Source: a virus. Taken from it: 64,000 nt of DNA. The position numbers and the translations under genes are program-made. Each line of letters begins with the position of its first letter. Positions within the stretch are counted from its first letter, which is position 1. Location of the stretch: the IMG/VR virus record IMGVR_UViG_3300025122_005335, positions 16,051 to 80,050 of that record; one strand, 5' to 3'. Under the pieces are notes generated by a model, which was given only the letters and a program-made list of their open reading frames with translations, was not told the origin of the DNA and searched no databases. Of this stretch, positions 57,589 through 64,000 are shown piece after piece.

Positions 57589-58035
57589 ATGAAGAACTTT
57601 GACAGTATCTTAACCGAATGTTTAAAAAACAAAGGGTTAAAATATATCCGGTTCAAAGTAGACCCTACTTTAAACAAAGGATTCGAAATGTCGTGGAGTT
57701 ACGAAGGGTTTGTGCTACAAGAACTTACAAATGAAGCATGCGGTGGTGTACCGGGAGGTTTACCACCCATTTTAAAGGTGCTCATGCCCGGCGGACCGTT
57801 ACCTGGTATTTTTGATATTAAAAAACCTGTTTTAACACCTTCTAAACCTAAATCAGTACATATGTTTAAAAAATATATTGCTAAGAAAATGAAAGATCAA
57901 ATAAGCGGTAAAGAGTTAGAACAAATCAAAAATACCAATAGTATCGATGATATTGAGCACTATCTTAAACAGAGCGGTGTCCAAGATGGTGAACTAACAA
58001 AAATCTATAAAAAATTATTGAAACATGCCACTTAA
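57589..58035 (+). CDS. hypothetical late protein
   Basis: TAAATA 57575-57580; N-terminus [10 protein letters not shown]. Confidence 0.6.
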   Translation: MKNFDSILTECLKNKGLKYIRFKVDPTLNKGFEMSWSYEGFVLQELTNEACGGVPGGLPPILKVLMPGGPLPGIFDIKKPVLTPSKPKSVHMFKKYIAKKMKDQISGKELEQIKNTNSIDDIEHYLKQSGVQDGELTKIYKKLLKHAT

Positions 58036-58264
58036 AAAAGGAAAAACAGACTCTATTATTAGTAGTAATATAAAAAAATTAAAAGGGGAAAATTATCCTC
58101 AAGACCAAGCAGTTGCTATTGCTATGAGTGAAGCTGGTAAAAAGAAACGTAAGAAAGTTAAAGAATCCAATAGCAAAATGGATAAAATAGCTAGTAAATA
58201 TGTTGATAACCGTGTTAAGTCGCATTTATCTGAAATGTATCACGAAGATGAGGATGACGTTTAG
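58025..58264 (+). CDS. small basic phage protein (MPLKKG...QAVAIA family)
   Basis: MPLKKGK...ISSNIKKL...[14 protein letters not shown]. Confidence 0.65.
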   Translation: MPLKKGKTDSIISSNIKKLKGENYPQDQAVAIAMSEAGKKKRKKVKESNSKMDKIASKYVDNRVKSHLSEMYHEDEDDV

Positions 58265-58306
58265 AATAAATGATAGATAGAGACGACACTCTTTTAGGTA
58301 TATAAG

Positions 58307-58334
58307 TTGACTCTATTTGTACCTAATTTATAAT
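58307..58334 (+). promoter_or_regulatory. early promoter TTGACT-N16-TATAAT
   Basis: 6 nt upstream of ATG 58341. Confidence 0.8.
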
Positions 58335-58340
58335 AGAGGC

Positions 58341-59168
58341 ATGAAATTTCAGAGTACTAAAGTTATTGAATTAGGTAGCTGTGCTTTTAGGCAACCTAAA
58401 GCCAATCATTCTCATTGTAGATTTATACACGGTTACAGACTTACAGCTAAATTTTGGTTTAGCGCTAACGAACTAGACGAACATAATTGGGTGGTAGATT
58501 TTGGTGGGCTAAAAGGTCTTAAAGATAAATTAAGAAATCAATTTGATCATACAACTTGTATTGCAGCAGATGATCCAGCATTACCCGTTTTTAAAGAATT
58601 AGAAAAAGCCGGGGCATGTGATTTGAGAGTAATGCCAACTGGTACAGGGATTGAAAGAATTGCTCAGTGGTGCTACGATACCGCAGACTTTTTTATTAAA
58701 GCAGCTACTAATAATAGATGTTGGGTTGAAAATGTTGAAGTCTCTGAGCATGAAGATAATAGTGCTGTATTTACTAGGATAGTTACCCAAACTATGAGAT
58801 ATAGTGATGAATACAAATCTGAAGATGTTGATTGGAATGCATATAGAGAGGCAGAAGCATGTGGCCCACAAGCTAATCCTAAAGATTTTGTAAAATCCAC
58901 ACCGGTGCATGAATTAGGTGAAGCTAATGATCCTATAGTACAAGGGCCCCCACTGCCAGATAATACACCTTCAGAGGCAGAGCAGCAAGCTAGTCAGGAA
59001 GCTAAAGATGATGAAGCTCAACGTAACTTACCGGGTGCTAAAAGAACAAAATCTGTTGGTGCAAGAATTGGACCAGCTCCTGTATCGCACGATTTAAGTG
59101 ATCCATTTGCTGGTACTAGCTGGGGGTCAGATAAACCAGGTGATCCTTATGCACCTAAAAGGGGTTAA
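58341..59168 (+). CDS. second QueD/PTPS-like T-fold protein with ~125 aa disordered C-terminal extension
   Basis: SCAFRQ...SHCRFIHGY, WVVDFGGLK, FDHT, VEVSEHEDNSA; start reassigned to 58341. Confidence 0.82.
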   Translation: MKFQSTKVIELGSCAFRQPKANHSHCRFIHGYRLTAKFWFSANELDEHNWVVDFGGLKGLKDKLRNQFDHTTCIAADDPALPVFKELEKAGACDLRVMPTGTGIERIAQWCYDTADFFIKAATNNRCWVENVEVSEHEDNSAVFTRIVTQTMRYSDEYKSEDVDWNAYREAEACGPQANPKDFVKSTPVHELGEANDPIVQGPPLPDNTPSEAEQQASQEAKDDEAQRNLPGAKRTKSVGARIGPAPVSHDLSDPFAGTSWGSDKPGDPYAPKRG

Positions 59169-59353
59169 TGATTGAAAAAGAAAAAGACCCACTTATTGAT
59201 AAATTAGCAGGGGATGTTTTCTCAAAAATGGCTGAAATAGGTAAGCCATTTGACAAAGGTACAGATCACCCGGCCGCTCATATAGTATCCCCGGAAGATG
59301 CTGTTAGAGAGCTCTTAAAAATTCAAAAAGACCAAGCACCTGACTCAAAATAA
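59168..59353 (+). CDS. hypothetical small protein
   Basis: ORF coupled to both neighbours. Confidence 0.5.
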   Translation: MIEKEKDPLIDKLAGDVFSKMAEIGKPFDKGTDHPAAHIVSPEDAVRELLKIQKDQAPDSK

Positions 59354-59354
59354 A

Positions 59355-59957
59355 TTGCCCATATACCATTCAAAGGGATTTCCAGAATCAAAATTGGCAC
59401 ACAAATATCTAGATGGATTAAAAGGTGTAGAGATTGGCGGATCGTATCATAATGCGTGGGGTTTAGATATTATTAACGTCGATCGAGCTGATCCACCAGA
59501 AGGTAATGGCTCTAGAGAAGTGTGCGGTGAAGATTTACCAGTGCATGTAGTTGCAAATGGTGATGAATTACCATTTGAGGACAAATTTTTTGACTTTGTT
59601 ATTTCGTCTCATGTACTTGAACACATATTTGATCCAATAAAAGCTTTAAAAGAATGGCAAAGGGTAGCGCGTCGATATATTTTTATTATTGTACCGCATA
59701 GAGATAGATGTGGTGATAAACAAAGATCAATTACATTAGCCAGTGAACTAAATAGAAGATATTACAATTTATTAAAAGAATCGGATGAAGGGGATTCATC
59801 CATAGATGCTCATCACAATGTTTGGACCACAAAATCATTTTTAAACCTATGCAAAACTTTTGAATTTAACGTTATTGACTACTTAGATGTAGACGATAAA
59901 GTTGGTAATGGTTTTGCTATAGTAATTGAAACCGGTCAAACATCAGATAATACATGA
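59355..59957 (+). CDS. class I SAM-dependent methyltransferase (type 11-like)
   Basis: GVEIGG, LPFEDKFFDFVISSHVLEH, ALKEWQRV. Confidence 0.85.
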   Translation: MPIYHSKGFPESKLAHKYLDGLKGVEIGGSYHNAWGLDIINVDRADPPEGNGSREVCGEDLPVHVVANGDELPFEDKFFDFVISSHVLEHIFDPIKALKEWQRVARRYIFIIVPHRDRCGDKQRSITLASELNRRYYNLLKESDEGDSSIDAHHNVWTTKSFLNLCKTFEFNVIDYLDVDDKVGNGFAIVIETGQTSDNT

Positions 59958-60673
59958 ACAATGTGTTTTAGTATTTTACTTCTAACTATATCATCACTTC
60001 CAAAATAAAATGTCGATATACCGTGGGTCTTACTTATATCATTGTCAAATGCTTCAATGATAGAAGAAAACCCAGATTTACCATTAATGTCTGATTGATT
60101 AGAATCACCAATTACAACATATTTAGATCCTTGACCAAACCTTGTTAAAATGGTCGTTATTTCTTGTTTTGTAAGATTTTGAGCTTCATCTACTATTACC
60201 ATTGATTTATTAAATGTTAACCCCCTAGTAAAATTTACAGGTAAACATTTAATATATTCCTTTTTAAACAAAGAGTTAGCTGTGGTCTTTGTTACCAATT
60301 CATCCAATTTATCCATTAACGGTAAAGAATAAGGAAGGAATTTTTCATCAAGCACTCCCGGTAAATGTCCGATTTTTTGATTAGCAGACTCCACAACACT
60401 TCTCAAATATATTATTTGTTCCATTTTATTTGCTGCTAAAAGAGTTAGACCCCCGAAAACAGATAAATATGTTTTTGCAGTGCCTGCGAACCCATCAGCA
60501 AAAACAATTTTAGTATCTTCAGCTAGAAGAGTTTGTATAAACTCTTTTTGATTTCGTGTAAAATCAAATTTATTTTTAACGTTAAAGTTTAAATCCCAGT
60601 TACCATGTAAATCTGTAGTGTGTAACTGTTCCGACTCGAAAACCGCGGCTAGCCGCGAGCGTTTTGTTGCCAT
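59936..60673 (-). CDS. phoH: PhoH-like ATPase
   Basis: GFAGTAKT, RSVVE, IGHLPG, FTRGLTF, DEAQN, TRFG, GDSNQSD, DIVRS. Confidence 0.95.
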   Translation of the reverse strand: MATKRSRLAAVFESEQLHTTDLHGNWDLNFNVKNKFDFTRNQKEFIQTLLAEDTKIVFADGFAGTAKTYLSVFGGLTLLAANKMEQIIYLRSVVESANQKIGHLPGVLDEKFLPYSLPLMDKLDELVTKTTANSLFKKEYIKCLPVNFTRGLTFNKSMVIVDEAQNLTKQEITTILTRFGQGSKYVVIGDSNQSDINGKSGFSSIIEAFDNDISKTHGISTFYFGSDDIVRSKILKHIVHVLSDV

Positions 60674-60681
60674 ACTATTAA

Positions 60682-60718
60682 TATTTAATCTTGATACCCC
60701 GTTTGTTGTAAGTATTAT
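60682..60718. promoter_or_regulatory. back-to-back late (TAAATA, -, phoH) and early (TTGATA-N16-TATTAT, +, queE) promoters
   Basis: tattta 60682-87; ttgata 60691-96; tattat 60713-18. Confidence 0.72.
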
Positions 60719-60725
60719 TATTGAT

Positions 60726-61469
60726 ATGAGTGATAGTCAAGAAACAATTTATTTGTCTGATGATAAAATATTTTATACTGTAGAAGGAGAAGGCGAGCTT
60801 GTAGGGTACCCCTCTGTGTTTATGCGGCTTTCGATGTGTAATTTAACATGTCAGGGATTTGCCTCAGAATCCTCACCACACGGTTGTGATAGTTTTATTT
60901 CGTGGAGGGTTAAAAATAAAATGACTCTTGGTGAGGTTGTTTCCATGATGGAAGATAACGGGTATAAAGATCATATGTACAATGGTGCAATTTGGAAAAT
61001 TACTGGTGGTGAACCGTTAGTACAACAAAAAGCATTACTTAAGTTGTTACATTATATTGAAGTTGAATGGGGATGGGTTCCTCGAATAGACTTTGAAACT
61101 AATGCAACTATTATGCCTGATAAAGAATGGTCCAGAGTAGGTGCAACATTTACAACATCTCCTAAAATGAGTAATAACGGAGACCCTGTAGATAGGCGCT
61201 ATAAACCTGAGGTTTTAGAGTGGCATGCTAATAGAGGATCTGGTTTTAAGTTCGTTATTGATAAAGAGTCAGATATAGATGAAGTCTTCGGTAAGTTTAT
61301 TGTACCGTTTGATATACCAACTGGGCAGGTTTGGTTAATGCCTTGTTGTGGTAGTAGAGAGGAACATATAGAAAAGGCTCCTATGGTTGCTGAACTAGCT
61401 AAGAAGTATAGATTTAATTTTAGCCCCAGATTGCACTTATTGGTGTGGGGTATGGCATTAAAAGTTTAA
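60726..61469 (+). CDS. queE: 7-carboxy-7-deazaguanine synthase QueE (radical SAM, Cx3Cx11C)
   Basis: FYTVEGEG...PSVFMRLSMCNLTC...GCDS, ITGGEP, ETN, SPK, KFV, PRLH; start reassigned to 60726. Confidence 0.92.
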   Translation: MSDSQETIYLSDDKIFYTVEGEGELVGYPSVFMRLSMCNLTCQGFASESSPHGCDSFISWRVKNKMTLGEVVSMMEDNGYKDHMYNGAIWKITGGEPLVQQKALLKLLHYIEVEWGWVPRIDFETNATIMPDKEWSRVGATFTTSPKMSNNGDPVDRRYKPEVLEWHANRGSGFKFVIDKESDIDEVFGKFIVPFDIPTGQVWLMPCCGSREEHIEKAPMVAELAKKYRFNFSPRLHLLVWGMALKV

Positions 61470-61508
61470 GCCTGATAGATTAAACCAGCAACTTTAATAA
61501 AATATATT

Positions 61509-62348
61509 ATGTCTAATAGTGGTTGGGTCGTTCCAAATTTTTATAAAGCTCCTCAGGATTCATTGTTTGATAAAGAGTTCGATTATTTTGTAAGCTTGGG
61601 TCATAGGTGTTGTGTTGGTCAAGCACTTAACTACATGCGTAAATCTTCTTTTCCGTTTGATTGGCAAGTAACAAAAATGTCTGCCCTAGCAAATATTTTT
61701 AAAAATGAATTTAAAAACTTTTATCCTGATAGCGGTGTAGATTTTGCTCATGTGATCTACTATCAGGATGAAAATAATCAAGAAACTGATAGAATTAATG
61801 AAGAAGCAACATATGAAATATATAATCGCCGTAGTAAGAGATTAGTTAAGTTAATCAAAGAGAACGAACGGAGATTGCTGTTTGTCCGACACAAGTATGT
61901 TTGGTATTGGTCTAAACATCCCGACCATGCTGCTCAATATGATGCAAACCCCGTAGATTACGATATTCAACAGTTAGTTGAAGTTTCAGACATTTTAAAG
62001 AACCAATATGGTAATGATAAGTTTGAAATTTTATATGTTTATCAAGATATGAATGATTTTAAAGAGTTTGATTGGAATGAAAGAGGGGAAATTGATCAAG
62101 AGTCCTTTAAATTGCCCTCCGGTTCAGAACAAATGGAACAAGCTAAACAATTTACGTATGTTGAACAGTTGGGTTTCAAAGATAAACATATTACACCCGT
62201 TGTAGTAAAACCCAATAACGTCAGAGTAGAGGGTAATGCAATGTGCAGTGCTATAAATTCGTTTGTTAATCTTTCTACTGTTCAAGATTTTGATCTCCCT
62301 TATGGGTTTGAACAATATAAACTTACTAGAAACATTGACATTGAATAA
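61509..62348 (+). CDS. DUF1796-like (putative papain-like) protein, often near glycan genes
   Basis: FVSLGHRCC, SFPFDW, YNRRSKRL, LLFVR. Confidence 0.65.
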   Translation: MSNSGWVVPNFYKAPQDSLFDKEFDYFVSLGHRCCVGQALNYMRKSSFPFDWQVTKMSALANIFKNEFKNFYPDSGVDFAHVIYYQDENNQETDRINEEATYEIYNRRSKRLVKLIKENERRLLFVRHKYVWYWSKHPDHAAQYDANPVDYDIQQLVEVSDILKNQYGNDKFEILYVYQDMNDFKEFDWNERGEIDQESFKLPSGSEQMEQAKQFTYVEQLGFKDKHITPVVVKPNNVRVEGNAMCSAINSFVNLSTVQDFDLPYGFEQYKLTRNIDIE

Positions 62349-63123
62349 TTTTCACCATTCAGGGGAATTGGGTGACATAATTTATTCACTCCCGACAGTT
62401 AGAGCTTTAGGCGGGGGTAATTTTTATATTTCAAACGAATATTCAGGTATGCATCTTAATACAAGATTTGACCAAAATCTTTTTGATAATGTAAAAGAAA
62501 TATTAGAACCTCTTCCTTATATAAACGATGTTTGCTTTGATTTCCCTCATGGTGAATTTATTGACCTAAATGTATTTAGAAAAGGGTACGAAGATTGGAT
62601 TGCTGGAAAATTAACCGATGATCAAGCTGTACTCATACGAACAACAAATATTATATCACTACATAAACAACACTTTAACATTGGGAATGTTTCTTCTTCA
62701 CCGTGGCTTTTTGCAAATAAAAAACCCATAGAAAACAAACCCATTATTATTAATAGAACACACCGATATAACAATTATAAATTTCCATGGAAACAAATAA
62801 TACAGAGATTTGGTGATAAATGTGGTTTTGTGGGATTTGAAGGTGAACATGAAGCATTTTGCAATGATATCTCACCTGTAGACCATGTTAAAACAGATAC
62901 GCTCAAAGAATTGATAGAAATTATTAATGGAGGTAAAGTTTTTATTGGTAACCAGTCTTTTTGTTATTCTTTATGTCAAGGATTAAAAAAATATTCAATA
63001 CTTGAAACTGATAGCCATATGAATAATTGTAGATATAAAAGATGTGGTAATTTAGTTGAATCTATCGATACCGATACTATAATATTTTTTATACAAAAGA
63101 AATTAGATAAACATGGACTTTAA
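62341..63123 (+). CDS. GT9 / heptosyltransferase-like glycosyltransferase
   Basis: HSGELGDIIYSLP, PYINDV, FIGNQS; likely TTG start at 62341. Confidence 0.72.
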   Translation: MNNFHHSGELGDIIYSLPTVRALGGGNFYISNEYSGMHLNTRFDQNLFDNVKEILEPLPYINDVCFDFPHGEFIDLNVFRKGYEDWIAGKLTDDQAVLIRTTNIISLHKQHFNIGNVSSSPWLFANKKPIENKPIIINRTHRYNNYKFPWKQIIQRFGDKCGFVGFEGEHEAFCNDISPVDHVKTDTLKELIEIINGGKVFIGNQSFCYSLCQGLKKYSILETDSHMNNCRYKRCGNLVESIDTDTIIFFIQKKLDKHGL

Positions 63124-64000
63124 TTTTAATATTACTATGCCTGAAGCTCTAGTTAATGGGGCAATAGATTATGATTTTGTTTTTTGTGGTTTTGAGGATG
63201 ATAATAGGCAGTTAGTTAAAAGATTTGATTTAAAAACTGTTAGTAAAGAGCATTGTTTTTCGTTCTCCTGTTCTTCTGAACCTGTATTTTTAATTATTTG
63301 GCCGCATAAAGGGGGAGAGTGGTTAGAGTCAATTGAGGTAGGGTTAGATTCCAAAATCACACCACCGAAATATTGTAACGGTTCAATTAATATTGAAGAC
63401 CACAAAAAAAGAATTCTTTATATTGGTCAAAGTGGTTCTAGTGGTTATGCTAATGCTGCAAAAGGTTACATTACAGACTTTTTTATTAAAGGGTTTAATA
63501 TTGAATGGCTGCCTCTAGTGTTTGATGATACTAAAGAGTGTAGTAGTTATGTGGATATATTATGTGAAAGTTTAAAAATTAAAGAAGTTGGAAACAATTA
63601 TGATGAGGTATATTTACATTGTACCCCTGATTTGTGGCCTAGTTATATAAAAACATACGGTGATAATTTCAAAGGTGCAACTGTTACAGGTGTGTCGGTG
63701 TGGGAGACAGATTTACTTCCTGAAGAATGGTTAAATGCGCTTAATAGTGTAGATTTCAATATTGTACCATCTACCTTTAATAAAGATGTTTATACGAACT
63801 CAGGTGTAATTAAGCCTGTTATTGTAAGACAACATTTATTTTATAAACAGTATCTACCAGAAAAAACCAATATAAATATTATTACGAACAATTGCGTTGA
63901 AATGGTACCGGAAAAATATACATTTTATAATATAAGTGAATTCAATAATAGAAAAGGTATAGAAGATGCGATAGAAGTTTTTTCTGATGTTTTTGGAGAC
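63113..64000 (+). CDS. GT4-like glycosyltransferase, truncated by the window end (absent from the ORF track)
   Basis: manual translation from ATG 63113: ...ILYIGQSGSSGYANAAK...HCTPDLW...VWETDLLP...IVPSTFN...FYNISEFNNRKGIE. Confidence 0.82.
   Translation, partial: MDFNFNITMPEALVNGAIDYDFVFCGFEDDNRQLVKRFDLKTVSKEHCFSFSCSSEPVFLIIWPHKGGEWLESIEVGLDSKITPPKYCNGSINIEDHKKRILYIGQSGSSGYANAAKGYITDFFIKGFNIEWLPLVFDDTKECSSYVDILCESLKIKEVGNNYDEVYLHCTPDLWPSYIKTYGDNFKGATVTGVSVWETDLLPEEWLNALNSVDFNIVPSTFNKDVYTNSGVIKPVIVRQHLFYKQYLPEKTNINIITNNCVEMVPEKYTFYNISEFNNRKGIEDAIEVFSDVFGD

Noticed and set aside
60618-60725. Upstream starts in the ORF track for queE, and similarly at 22676, 42152, 52852, 58317 and 62263
   Set aside because: The extensions run through promoter elements or neighbouring genes; downstream starts fit family N-termini and promoter spacing.
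395-63405. Many short ORFs antisense to or out of frame within long genes (e.g. 395-640, 2070-2267, 19444-19953, 40324-40614, 63169-63405)
   Set aside because: They overlap well-supported genes, have shadow-frame composition and lack promoters at their starts.
1-64000. tRNA genes, CRISPR arrays or long ncRNAs
   Set aside because: Intergenic gaps are almost all under ~100 nt and are explained by promoters and terminators; no cloverleaf or spaced repeats were recognised by eye (tRNAscan-SE/Infernal not run).
1-64000. Stop-codon reassignment as in some large phages
   Set aside because: Core genes are full length in the standard code, and TAA, TAG and TGA are all used as stops.

Overview
This is a ~64 kb, AT-rich, densely coding segment of a large T4-like (myovirus-type) dsDNA phage genome in the standard genetic code. 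It holds the T4 core replication, recombination and late-transcription module (gp61, RNase H, gp45, gp32, gp59, gp41, UvsX, gp43, gp46/47, gp55, UvsW, UvsY), the large terminase, and a gp14-like neck protein. It also carries a 7-deazaguanine pathway (FolE, two QueD-like proteins, QueE, QueC, a stand-alone class II glutamine amidotransferase; no recognisable dpdA), a carbamoyltransferase, roughly 20 nucleotide-sugar, glycosyl-, methyl- and sulfo-transferase genes, PhoH, a 2OG-Fe(II) oxygenase, an Hc1-like histone protein and an outer-membrane beta-barrel. The intergenic DNA shows a very regular two-class promoter grammar. Early/replication genes have TTGAnn-N16-TATAAT and late genes have (TA)TAAATA, both typically 5-8 nt before the start codon with no Shine-Dalgarno, which implies a largely leaderless transcriptome. 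The late class marks a dispersed set of about 20 non-homologous proteins sharing short capsid-targeting-like N-terminal peptides and E-[DN]-x-E linkers. These are probable head-packaged, protease-processed cargo, and include a PD-(D/E)xK nuclease, a ligase-fold nucleotidyltransferase, a HIGH nucleotidyltransferase, an aspartic protease and an HTH protein. No tRNA, CRISPR array, intron or intein was recognised. All functional calls come from motif recognition by eye; no database searches were run.
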